Source: Cycas panzhihuaensis (Eukaryota > Plantae > Cycadophyta). Taken from it: DNA of 64,000 nt. Both the position numbers and the translations under genes were made by a program. Of the stretch, positions 1 through 12,859 are shown piece by piece (the stretch's first letter is position 1; each line of letters starts with the position of its first letter). The stretch spans positions 83,335,741 through 83,399,740 of the forward strand of contig CM041465.1 in assembly GCA_023213395.1 (NCBI GenBank), in the 5' to 3' direction. The notes below the pieces were generated by a model. That model did no database searches and had not been told where the DNA came from. It was given only the letters and a program-made list of their open reading frames with translations.

Positions 1-3000
1 CATATATCTTTTCCTCACATCTATTTTCTGATTATGCTTGTGGCCTTGCATAGCACTTATTTTGCATATGGACGATGGGGGCAACCTTCCATCCCTCTCA
101 TCCTTTCATACTAGACTCTTGAGCAAAGTATGGGCAGACCCCATGCTACTATATTCTCTTTCCTTATCCAAGAGATATGCCATGACACTTAGCACTCCCT
201 TGGGATGATGACACTTTTGTATTAGTAGACAATATTGATTCTTTTGTGTTGACAACATTCACTATCACTAGATGCTCCTGAGTGACGAGGCTCTACTGCC
301 AAGGGGCAATATTTCCTAGCTACTAGGAATGGACATGGATAGTTCCTCTTAGGTAGGCATAGGTATATATCTCTACTTCTTCTTCTTATCTATTTTAGGA
401 TTTGATGAGATTCTTGATAGTTATATTTTGTATGATATTATTACATACATAGTTCTGATGCATAGTTTACCTGCCTATTTTCTGCCTATGACTGTGGTCC
501 AGCTTATGACAACTTAGGACCATGTTCCTATGGCACCACACAGCCCCTCATAACACCTTCTAGGCACTCTCGGGTACTCATGGGCCCCTGTAGCCCATCT
601 TTTGCTTATGATTAGTATTATATATAATTTCTAACACATCATTCTGGCTTGATTACTTATGTATATTTTACACCCCTTGTTGGGGCCTCTTATGCACCCT
701 TTTGCCCATTTGGGAGGCCCCACCATTGCTCAAAGGTCCCTTAACACCATCACCAGTCTAACATACCTTACTTTTACACCTTGGGACTTTTCTTTTAGGG
801 GTCCTTTAGGCTGTCTTTTTATTTTTCCTTATATTTAGTTTGCACCACGATAATATTCGCGATACCATAAAGTTTACCACCGGATGACTATCTATTGATT
901 TCCACAGCCTAGCAATGGTCAGTTTTGCATTTATTATAAAATTGACATGTGGCAGACTATTGTTTCTTGCCTAAAGAGAGCCCTAGTTTGGGCATAAAAA
1001 CCTAAATCTAAATTCATTTTACCTCTCTTAGCTGAAAGGAAAAAAATTCCTACCACCTATATTTTCTGATCTTTCTTCCTATTTTCTTCTTCTGAAAGGG
1101 CAAAACCCTAAACCATAGGTCTAACCAAACCTCCTTCATCAAATTCTTCCTCCTTTGTGCTTACTCCAATAATGATAATAAGATTCTAAGGCTTTGAGTC
1201 TCCTTCTCACCTCCAAAGAGGCCCTTCTTCACCCAAAAAGTGGGATTCTCGTCTCTCCTTGTTTTCTCATGAGGTAACATTCATTTTGCTTTACTTTTAT
1301 GGCTAGAAATAGGTTTATTTCTACTGTTCTTCTCCTCTAGGAAGTGTGTTTATTCAACAACACCATTTGTTATAGGTTTTAGCATATATTTCGCTCTTTT
1401 TGGTGGCCAAAGGAAAGCAAACCCTTCTTTTTCCATTGGTTGTACCTCTAAGTCCCTTGGGCACTCTTTGGTTACAGTTAGGCAAATTGCAAAATACCTT
1501 AGGGAAGGAGAAGAGGTGTTCATGGCTAGAGTTCTGACTCCTAAGGCCATATCCTCCAGGGAAGCCCCATACTTCTCTTAGTTTCCTACATCGTATCGGT
1601 CCTACAAGTTAAGAAATCCCCTTGGTTGAGGGTCTTTTTATTGATTGTAGCATTTGCAGCCCTTGCAATCAGCACACATACATACTATTCAACAGTAAAC
1701 TCCATCACATACCTTACTCTTCATGTTATTTACATTCTTCTTACATATTTTACAAAAGTTCTAGCATTACAACTTTTGCAACATTTGTGGTTTTTACAAC
1801 TTTTGCAACTTCTCGTATCATTTAGTACTTCTTGTAAGTTGTTTATTTTTATTGCTTGAAGCTTTCAATTCCCACTTAACCTGCTCTTACAGTACCTGAG
1901 TACATAGGAGATGGTCTATTTGAGGAGCTAGCCATTTCAACGCTACCATTTTCTCACCTTTAAACCCCCTTTATTTCCCCTAGAAATTCTTGGAAATATT
2001 TTTGCACATAAGGAAAATCGTAGATGGTATTATTCCTTTCTTTAAAAATATTAAGTAATTTTTAACTCCATTTAAGTGAACACACACACACATCAGCACA
2101 TACATGTACATGCATGCACTTGCTTATGGTTTAGAGGGTTTGTTCATATGGAAAACACCACTCTTCTTGAGCAAGCAGGATTGTGTCATGAACCAAGAGG
2201 TACGTTCATCTTTCTTACATTTTGCGTTTCCTTGAGTCTTTCCTTTAAGTTCTTTATTGTTTCATAATATATTTTGGGGAAGGTAAGGGAGCCCCATCCA
2301 TGACTTCATCCACAACATCTATTGTGACTTGGAGCATAAAGTGATAGGTGAAAGGAAGGTGAAGATGAGAAAGAGAGGCACTTCACTAACTGATTCATTT
2401 CCAAGTGTACTCCTTCCAACTCCTCTCCTCTTCCTTCTTCTTTGCTTCTCCCCCTTTCTTCCCTAAAAGGAACTTATTTACGTTTGCATGTAGATAGTAA
2501 TTGCCTATTTGTATACTTGCATTCACCAAAGGGAAACATAAAAGGAACATATTTATATTTGTATTTTCATCCGGCCTAAGCATGTAAAGACCTTGTCTGT
2601 CCTTTTCACTTGCATGAGCATAAGAAGGGTAGTTTGAACAAGTGCACTTCTTATCTCTCCCCCTAAGAAAGAAACCAAACAAACCAATTGAAAAACTTTC
2701 TTTTTCTTACTACACCCCCTTTTTTACATTCCATATACATGCATAGGTATAGGGGTAGAATTAAGGAAGTGTGTTTTGGTTGAGAATGTTATTCCTCTTT
2801 CTTGCATCACTAGGAAAGATTATATAGGTCATTTTTATTCTTTCTCTCCCTTACACCCCCTCCTCCACTTAATCTTCCATTAACGAAAAGGAAAAGAGAG
2901 AGAGGATAGGAAAAGAGAGAGAGAGTGTGTTCGATCAAGTTATATCCTTTTGGCATTGATATCTTAGATATTTACACCATCTCGTCCCATAAACAAGACA

Positions 3001-3539
3001 AAAAATACTACCTAAATCTCTTGGTATAGTTAAACAACCATTCATCTTAGTCTAAACCCTAGAGGCATCCCTTTTTGATGACCTTCAACAAAACTTGCCA
3101 TTAGTCTTACTTCCTAGATTTGGTCTACAGATACTAAATTCCCTTCCTCATCGCTCAAACCAACTATCTCTTTTACTCATTCCATAGGTTCCTATTCTAT
3201 TAGGGTCTATCCTTCCTCCTTCCCCTCTTCCTTGGAAGAGTGTCTCGAGTTTTTCTCTCCTTCCTTCTACCATTGGGATAGAAGAGTCCTTTCCCAGACT
3301 ACTTGGTAAACTGAGGACCCCCTTACCCAACCTAACTTCTATATTGTGCCTGCCAAAAGGGAAAGTCTTATGCGCTATTTGTGGGTCTTTGAATCTACAT
3401 TTCGATGCATGAACATCCTTTATAGGTGACCTATCCCCTCCCTCGAGGACTCTAAGCCCTTGATATAGTGATATTGTTGGCTTAAATATCCTTATCTTTA
3501 GTGACCTTCTAGAGGCGTGCTTCCACGTGGTAACTAACA
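1..3539. mobile_element. Unclassified decayed repeat, probably the 3' part and LTR of an LTR retrotransposon inserted just upstream of the PBS of Copia A
   Basis: No recognisable protein. Ends in an LTR-like terminus ...TTCCACGTGGTAACTAACA (3539). No partner LTR in the window. Confidence 0.3.
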
Positions 3540-3846
3540 AAGTAATTTTTCATACTTATTAATGATCATTTGATATAACATCATAAGTAACATTTCACAT
3601 ATATCATAGCTAAATATTTGGACCTAAAAGAAGTTTATTTCAAACCTTAGTGGTGGCCTTATTAAGCTTATTAATAAAATTTAAAGAGACAAAAGGTGGT
3701 CCAAATTATTGGTGGTGTATATCCCATTTTGAAGAGATATTTGTGTGCTTGTTTTCACACACTCTCTAATACTCTTGATTATTATTGATCGTGCTTGATT
3801 TACATTTATGGTGAATTTTACAATTCTTAGGTTATTTTTATTTATT

Positions 3847-6800
3847 GTGGATAATTTGTTATCAATTCCCAAGCTTTATGGATGCAACTATTTCATATGG
3901 TTAAAAAGAATGAAGCCTCTTTACAATTTAAGCAATTATGGAAGATTGTTTGAGAGGGTTTTACTTCTCCTATTCCTATTTCCCTTGCTATTGATTTGAC
4001 TTGTGATTAAGAGAAGTTGAAAGAAGAATTAGAAAGGAAATATAGTTAAGTAATTGCCTTCATATTTAATAATGTGCTTGATGAGATATTTCCTCATATT
4101 TGTAATCTCTCTACTTCTTATGTTGTTTGGACTATATTGAAAATATCATTTGAAGAAAATACAAATACGAGGATTTAAACCTTAAGAAGGAACTTTGAGA
4201 ATCTCAAGATGTATGCTACATAATCTATTAATTCTTTTATCACTACAGTTAAAGATCTTATAAATCAATTGGGTATATCAGGTAAACAAATACTCAAACA
4301 AAGAGTTGTAGAGAAAATTTTAAGATGCGCAAGAGAGAGAAGGAAATTTGAGATAATTATTACAACCATTGAAGTGATAATAGAATTATCAATATTGACA
4401 ATTGATGAGTTATTATCAATGTTGTTGACAGAAGAAGCAAATAAGAGTTATATTGATAATTTGGAGCAAGCCTTTACTTCTAAGGCTTCCATAAGAGGAA
4501 AGTTTATGAGATTATCAAATCAAGGAACCAATCTACCATTATCATATGGTTATGGTTAAGGCAACTCTAGACATAGATAAGGACAATGATAAGTGAGAGC
4601 ATCTTCATCAAACTATAGACAAAGTAACTTTGGATATGGATAAAGATAAGTACGAACATCATCACTAAACCATGAATAAGGTAATTTTAAATATGGATAT
4701 AGTCAAAGACAAGGATAAATAGGAGAATCTACGTCAAGTTTTGGATAAAGAAATTTTGGATATGGATATGGATTCAAATAAGAACAACATGGACAAAGAG
4801 GATATTGAGAGGAAGAAACTATCCCACACCATCAAGAGGAAGAAGTTTTTCAAAAGGAAGAGGTAGAACCTCACGAAGAGAAATTAGAAGAGGAAGAGGT
4901 TTTGTTACTTCTTGTTATAAATGTGGAATGCAAGGACCCTATTCGTATGAGTGTTATCAAGACAATGTGGTCAATACTACTACTAAAAGAGAATAGAACA
5001 TTTTCTATATAAGCTTGAATGTTCAAGCTTTCAATAAGAAAGGTGAATAGTACATTGATTCTAGCTATTCAACTCATATATCCTATAATGCAGATGCATT
5101 TTCCAAGATCCATGAAGAAAACAATGAAAGGAAAGTGGTATTTGGAAATGACAATACACAAGAAGTCCAAGGACAAGGAGTTGCCACAATTTAGACTAAA
5201 AGTGGAGCAAATAAGAACATTCAAAATGTTTTATTTATACCTAGATTGAGAAGAAACTTGTTATCTATTAGCCAAATGATGGAACAAAAATACATGATAA
5301 TCTTTGATAATGGAGAATGTGAAATAAGTGATAAATTAAATAATTGTGTTATAGTTGTAAGAGACCAAATGACAAAGGATAGATTATTTAAACTTATACT
5401 TTTTCCACCTTTATAGGTATTGAATGCTTCCATTTTAAATTATAACATACTTTGACATTATAGATTTAGTCATCTCAATTATGGTTCACTTAGTACTTTA
5501 TAGAAAAAAAGTATAGTTATAAAATTCTCAACCATTCAAGGCAATAATAGAGTTTGTAAATGTTGTATCTATGGAAAACAACATAGAGAAACTTTTCCTG
5601 ATTCAAAATTTTAATCCAGATATCCACTCCAATTAGTCCATGAAAATTTATATGGCCCAATGAGAACTCCTACAATTGGAAATGCCAAAATTTTCCTAAT
5701 TTTTATTGATGATTTTACAAGAAAAATTTAGGTATATTTCCTCAAAGAAAAGTTTGAAACATTTTTGACATTTCTTAAATTTAGAGTTATGGTTGAAAGA
5801 CAAAGTGGTTACAGGTTAAAAATACTTCATTAAGATAATGGAGGTGAATTTATCTCAAATGATTTTCAAGATATCTATAATAAAGTTGGTATAAGGAGGT
5901 AATTTACCACTCTATATATGCCTTAATAAAATGGAGTAGCTGAAAGGAAAATTAGAATAGTTACAGAAATGCCCAGATGCATGCTTAAGACTAAGAGTTA
6001 AGTAATGAATATTGGGCTGAAACAATAAGTACTACTATATATTTATTGAATATAAGTCTTACAAAGGCAATTGGGAACTTAACTCTTGGAGAATGTTAGA
6101 CAATATACAAGCCAAAAGTTTCACATTTAAAAATCTTTGGGTGTGTTGCTTATATTCACATTCTTGATGAAAACAGATCTAAATTAGAAAGTAAAAGTAT
6201 CAAGTGTATTTTCATAGTTTATTCAAGTGAAAGAAAAGCATATAGATTATTTAAACCAATTGCAAGAAGATTTATGGTAAGTAGCTTTGTGATTTTTAAT
6301 GAGAATACAATCTACAAAATTGAAGAAGATAAAGGAAAATAGGTTATTGAAGCAAATCCAAAACCATTTCCACTTCAGAATTCATTGTTATTGACATAAA
6401 TTCTAACTCAAAGTTTAAGACAAGATTCAAGTTTTACTCTAGGTTCATCATCACTAAGTCAAAAATATATTACAAGTTCTGCTCCAAGTTCATCATCATT
6501 AAATCAAGAAAATGCTACAAGATCTACTCCAAGTTCATCTCTATCAAGTTAAGAACAAGTTACATATCCAAAATGGCTAGTTAAAAATCATAATTTAGAA
6601 GCTATGCTTAGTAGAAATTTTAATAAAAGGTTAACTAGATCTTAAATTAGAGTTAACTATGCATTGATGGCTCAAGTTGAACAAAATAATGAGCCACAAA
6701 TATATGAAGAAGCTATTGTCAAAGATGATTGGGTTGAAGCTATAGAAACAGAATATAATTCCTTGGTAAAAAATAAACTTAGGATTTGGTTGAGTTACTT

Positions 6801-8210
6801 GTTGATAAATAAGTGATCAGAATAAAACGGATTTTTAAAACCAAATATAAATATGATGGAACTATTGATAAATATAAGGCAAGACTTGTGGGTAAAGGTT
6901 ATGCTTAGTAAGAAGGAATTGGTTATGAAGAAACTTTTATTCTATTTGCCAAGATAGATACAATCAAAAGTCTCTTATCCTTATCTACTTATTAAAGTTT
7001 GACCATATATCAAATAGATGTCAAGTCAATATTTCTTAATGGATACATTGATGAAGAGATCTATGTTGCACAACTTGTAGAATTTGAGAAACAGGGAAGA
7101 GAACACTTAGTGTACAAGTTGAAGAAGGCCTTATATGGATTAAAGCAAGCTCCAAGAGTTTCATACTCTAGAATTGACGAGAATTTTCAAGATAAAAAAT
7201 TTTAGTAATACCTATCATATCCATATCTGTATGTCAAAATTATAGATACTTTAATTCTTATAGTTATTCTTTATGTTGATGATCTCATCTATATATGCAA
7301 CAATGATGAAATGTTTTAGAAATTCAAAGATGATATAAATTTAGAATTTAAGATGATAGATCTAGGACAACTACATTACTTCCTTAATATGGAGATTTGA
7401 TAAGGTAAAGAAGGAATCCATATGCCCAAGAGTAAATATGTTATAGAAATATTGAAGAAATTTAAAATAAGTAAATATAAGTCAAGTTTTAATTTTGTTG
7501 AACTTGGGTTAAAGTTAAGTAAAAATAAAGATTATGTTTCAGTTGATCTTGCTATGTATCATTAATTAATAGGAAATTTGATTTATTTAATTAGTACTTA
7601 ATATGACATAGAATATGAAGCATATTTAACTTCAAGATACATGTCAGAACTAAAGGAACAACATTGGGAAGTAGCAAAGAGGATCCTTAGATACATCAAA
7701 AGCACTTTGAACTATGGACTTTGGTACACTCTATTAGAAGAATTCAAGTTGATTAGATATTCAAATGCAGATTGGGCTGGTGATATTGATGATTGAAAGT
7801 TAATTTCAGGATATATATTCAATGTTAGATTAACATCTATATCTTGGAATTCAAATAAATAACCATCAATTTCTTTATGGACAACAGAAGCAGAATATAA
7901 AGTAATTGGGTTAGCAGAAAGACAAGCAAATTGACTTAGAAGAATTCTTGAAGACCTTCATCAACCTCAATAGGAACCAACATTGATTTTCTATAACAAT
8001 TAAAGTACAATTCAAATTACCAAGAATCTAGTCATGCACAACAAAACAAAGCATATGGACATTACATATCATTACATTAGAGAACTCATTCAGAATCAAC
8101 AAGTTTAACTTTAGCATTGTAAAATAAAATACTAAGTTGTAGATATTCTTACCAAGGTATTATCAAAGGATAAATACTTCTAACTTAGACATAATCTAGG
8201 TGTATATCTA
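3847..8210 (+). pseudogene. Copia A gag-pol pseudogene
   Basis: Gag start PKLYGCNYFIW; zinc knuckle CYKCGMQGPYSYEC (~4914-4955); integrase FIDDFTRK and DNGGEF; RT IYQIDVKSIFLNG, KKALYGLKQAPR, LYVDD; RNase H ADWAG, KTKHMDITYHYIRE, DILTK. Many stops and frameshifts. Confidence 0.92.
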
Positions 8211-8229
8211 AATATGTATTATGGGGGAG

Positions 8230-8567
8230 TATTGGAAGGTAATACATATTTAATATAATTGGTTAAGTTATATGTCATATATGAGTGGTCAAACATAAAG
8301 GCTAAATATGATTGGATAACATAAAGGCCAAATATGAATAGGTTAGCATAAAGGACAAATATGATTTGTTGTAAATGAGGCACATATGCCCATAAGATAA
8401 CTATAAGTATACATGTAGAATGAGAGATCATGTATATAGAATGTGAAATATTCTATTAGAGTTATGATCATGATTTTGATATGTTAATCTCTATTATGGG
8501 TCTACTCTAATGTTGTTATTTTGATCCTAGTTATGCTATCTTGTGCATTTAATTTCATTTTCTAATA
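8230..8567 (+). repeat. Putative 3' LTR of Copia A, with three ~26-bp tandem units (8292-8370)
   Basis: Follows the PPT. Ends TATTGGA / TCTAATA look like deaminated TGTTGGA / TCCAACA. The unit AACATAAAGG(C/A)(T/C)AAATATGA is repeated three times. Confidence 0.6.
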
Positions 8568-8599
8568 AAATTAATTGCTCTATTAGTCATGGGATTTAT

Positions 8600-11500
8600 T
8601 CTTATAGATTGATGCCCCTTCAAGGATGATCTTGTTGAGTGTTGACTAGTGACGTTCATCCAACAGCTTTGTGAATCAATTTGTAATGCGATTAGTGATC
8701 AAAGAGGATTCCACTTGAAGCTTACTTTCATCAAATACCTCTTGAATAATTGACTAGCATCTCACTTCTAATGTTGATACTCGATCTTATAGGTTCTCTT
8801 TCCCCAAATTAAGAACTTCGTCTGTAGGTTGCAATATTCTATCAATTGAAGACTAGTCTAAATTAAACATAGGGTACGTACCTTTAGTGTAATTCAACTA
8901 GCACAATAGTTTATCTTGTCCTTCCTTAATGACCTCAAAGATTTACACCTGATATAATCTCCTCAAGTCTAGGATAAGAAATGTAGATTGAATATTATTT
9001 TGATATAACTCTAAACTAAGTGTAGTTACTATATTTAACTTGTTTACTAGCTTCTAATCAACATGTGCAATCATTGTCTCAAGGTCAATTCAAATAGAAG
9101 GGATATTTCTATGTAAAGAATCTTTTTCCTCCATAATTTCTTTCTAGGAAGGATTCATTTTCTGTAATGAATCAAGAATGTGGGAGTGGATGACTTTTAT
9201 CATTTGAAGTTGACTAGTAGTTCGAGTTTTAATCAGCTTTTCTATTACATTCTCAATTATGACCAATAATGACATAGAGAAGGTTGCCATATCCTCAATG
9301 AGTAACTGGTGTTTTTCATTACCTTAGTTTATATTCCTCTTGGAGCTTAACCTTTATAGGATTAGGAGATGGCATGAAGGGGCGAGAGGGGGGGGGGGGG
9401 TAACAAACATCTATTAGTAGAGGCTTGTCAAACTCGTATGTTGATGCTTCATTAATCTTTATATCCTGATACTGAAGAAACTTCTGTATCACTGGATCCC
9501 ATAGTCTATGGTTATTTCCATAGTATCCCACAAAAGTATTTTTGTGACTATGGTTAGATTTATTTATCTATTTGTTAGAGATTATTGCATTTGCGATGCA
9601 CCTAAAGATTTTCTCAATGGAAGGCTTCTGACTAGTCCATCCTTTTTGTGGCATCATACTTTGAATTATAGGGGTTGGAATCTAGTTCATAATGTGAATA
9701 ACAATTCTCATAACTTTTGTGCCAAAAATAGATGCCATATGTTGTGTTTGCATGCTACATAATGCCATGTCAATCAAGGTATCATCTTTCTATATGGAAA
9801 CCCCATCATGTAGGATAAACTCAATACCATGATTAGAATAGAACTTAGAAATGTGATTATCATTAGTTTTTCCATGATTACTCCTTAATAATTTTAATTA
9901 ATTTTTATATATTTTTTTACCTATCACTTTATCTTTTACTTTTGACTTATCTTTAGTAGAGTATATCTAGGTATTCTAAGTAGAAAGAAGATTATGATTT
10001 ACTTTAGGTGTATACGATGCCTTCTCGAGACAACCACCTTACATTATAACTATTTCAACATTTTTGACTAGTATTACATTAGCATTATCGAGTACGACAT
10101 CCATCTAGCCAAGATTTTAGTTTAACACATCAAAACTCTACATTCTATGAGAGATATATTGTTGTGCACCCAAGTTAGCTGATACTCATACATAATACGC
10201 TACAATCTTCTCCTTTCCATTGGCCTACCTTAAGTTCTTTTTCCTTAACTAGTAGTCATTTTCTCTATGGACCATCCTTTCACAATAGGTACATGAACCA
10301 TTATATTTCCTTTTCCCTTTATTAGTAACCTCTTCATGTGAACATTTATCCCTATCTTCATCCTCATTCTTCTAAACTTTTAAGGATGGGGTATAATTAG
10401 TATCAGTAGAACCCACAAACCTATGATGTTTAAGCTTGACTTCCTTCATAAGAAGTAGTTCCTTCAACTTTTGAAATGAGGTATCTTACAACATCTCGTC
10501 AATATTATACATGGTCTGTAAGATTTTGTTAACTTATTTATGATAATTATGAATAGAATTTTATTGCTAATCAAGTCTTCTTCTATCCCCTCCAGCTTAT
10601 TCTTGATTTCAGTCAACTTATTTAAATAGGTGTTAATGTTGCTTTTATCCTTAATACAAGAGTTGAATAGTTCACCTAATAAGATGATTAAACAATTTAT
10701 CTTTTTTATTTAAATGTCACATAAGGTTTTTTAGATATCGTGTGGCATATTCAACTTGTGAACAAGTGCTCTATGATCTAGGGCAAGAGAGAGATTTAGT
10801 AGACCGGTGGCATGAAGTTGGTTTCTCTGTGTGAGTTTATCTAGTTTAACATTAAGTTCCCCTTCCTTTTTCTTGGGTGGAGCCTCACAGGTTAGGTCCC
10901 AAAGCTCCTGGACCATCAACACAAGCTCTATGTTAGACTTCCACTCCTTGAAGTTGGTGCTATTAAAGATTACTTGCGGCAATAAGGTTGTTTTAGCATC
11001 CATGTCTGCAGATACTTCGAGTTCACTCCCACTTGATTTCTGAACATGATTATATGTCTTAATTTCACTGCTTAACACTTTACATATATCACTTCACTGA
11101 AATTAGGTATAAACATGACACATTCTCCATAAATAATATGCCTTTTTAACATCAATTGAAGTAGTAGTATATTAAAAGATATATTTTAGCATCAAAAGCT
11201 TCTTGACGAAGGCTCTAAACTCTCTTATATGGACTTTGCATATTACTGGATCAGTTTCTAATGAATTAACTCCAAATACATGTAATAGAGATGTTTTAAA
11301 GTTGAATAGATTACTTTGAAATATTTTAATCCAAAGTTTGAATCAAATATTAAAATTAGAATATTCTATAGAATATTCTCTTTAATGGTATGCCTTCAAA
11401 AATGTTGTATGATCTTATTGCTACACCGTGCTCTTAAAAATTTGATTGTAAAATAATATATATCAAATATAATATATATACATTAATAAAATTAAATATC

Positions 11501-12859
11501 AATGTAATTAATGTGTGATTAAATAACTATTATTTTTTATCATTCATTTTTACACTGAATGACAGTAGTAAGTTGTAGGCTAATTAAATCCCAAATTGAT
11601 AGTTGTATAATATCAATCTGCATGATTGATTTGTTGCATTCATTTTTTATCACTATATATCAAATAATATATATAGAAAGCATTGATTTATGCATCAAAT
11701 GTGTTCAAACAATGACTGATTTATTTTCGTATGATTAATATTAATTGAATAATATTAATCCATATCCTTAAACCATATTAAAAAAGTATACATATTAATC
11801 TAACAAATGATATTTATTAGATATATCATTCATCTCTAGAGTACAAATAACAGACATATTTTTCAATCAATATGACAATAAATAGTCAATGATCATGCAA
11901 TGAATAGTCTTCCATAATGTATTCCTCAAAACGATGGCTTATTTATAGATTTATTTTATATGGTGATGATGGAATAAGTGATTTTTGATATTTGAATAAA
12001 ATATAACTTTAGAGTTAATATATTTTCATTTTTTAAATCATTTCAATGCTTTAGAAAGGGCATGACTTGTTTTGAATGGTCATAGGACTATTCTTTATTG
12101 TACAGTTTCAATTTGGAGTCTAACACAAATGAATGGTGCCCAATGTCTTCAAAATTTACTCAACACTACTTTTATGATCCCAAGCTAAGCCCAACATTGT
12201 TGTATGGCTTCCGTTGATACCCAACTTCATTATACAACTTCCACTATTGGTGCCACAAGCATATGAGGTTCCCAATGCATTTTGCAAATCTAGATAACCT
12301 CTTTAATTAGTGTCAACTCTATATATGAATCTCCAATCTTTGAATATGATTCATTAGTGATAAATTCACTTATTTTCAATCCCATATCTGAGTTTTAACA
12401 TTGTTCCTCACTTCCTTAGGCTTTGATACTATGTGAAGGTTTGTGTATATGTAGGTTGTAGGTTGGGTGTTAAACCAACTAGAGGCAGGGATTGCTACAT
12501 GTTAGGAACATGCACAAGGGGACTCAAACACTAGATTTATCATGGGAAACTCCCAATAGAGAAAACCTAATAATACAATGTTTAATATATTAAAATATAA
12601 AACAATATATAATGTTTCAAAGGTGAGATGGAACATGAGCAAATTGATGAGTTCACATTGATTTGAGCTAATGGTTGAAATACCAAGGGTATATGAATAA
12701 ATATACCCTAAAATGGTACCATATTATTTCACGTATGGTCATGCCTGCTTATCACAACCTTTGATATAAGGACACATCCCTCCCTTGCACATGCACATGA
12801 TAACTAACCCCTAATGAAGCATTAAGTGTATAGTTAACCTAAGTTAACTATCATTAACA
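8600..12859 (-). mobile_element. Copia element I, non-autonomous, with gag and a condensed pol; related to element B
   Basis: Gag PQVIFNSTNFKEWKSNIELVLMVQELW resembles B gag PKVIFNGNNFSDWKANMELILMMNQLW. Knuckle remnant CTYCERMVH (~10290). INT C-terminus GYYGNNHRLWDP. RT remnant ELYQNNIQSTFL...KEGQDKLLC. The link to the LTR at 12432 is inferred. Confidence 0.7.
12420..12859 (-). repeat. tRNA-iMet PBS (12420-12431) plus 428-bp LTR (12432-12859), probable 5' LTR of element I
   Basis: GCTTTGATACTA is the reverse complement of TAGTATCAAAGC, close to TGGTATCAGAGC. It abuts a TG...TTAACA block that shares the GGGAAA-CCC-GAAAA motif with the B LTRs. Confidence 0.65.

Larger units (their letters stand above)
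3540..8567 (+). mobile_element. Ty1/Copia element A (decayed; 5' LTR disrupted or missing)
   Basis: Degenerate PBS-like ATATATCATAGC at about 3599-3610. Domain order gag-PR-INT-RT-RH. Polypurine tract (PPT) GGGGGAG at 8223-8229, then a TATTGGA...TCTAATA LTR. Confidence 0.85.

Noticed and set aside
11440-11900. AT-rich block with an 11-bp inverted repeat (11733-11760), possible MITE
   Set aside because: No terminal inverted repeats or TSD; such hairpins are expected at this AT content.
12120-12400. Possible second gag start (FKDWRF...IELTL)
   Set aside because: It needs a frameshift and the similarity does not continue, so I treated it as leader sequence of element I.
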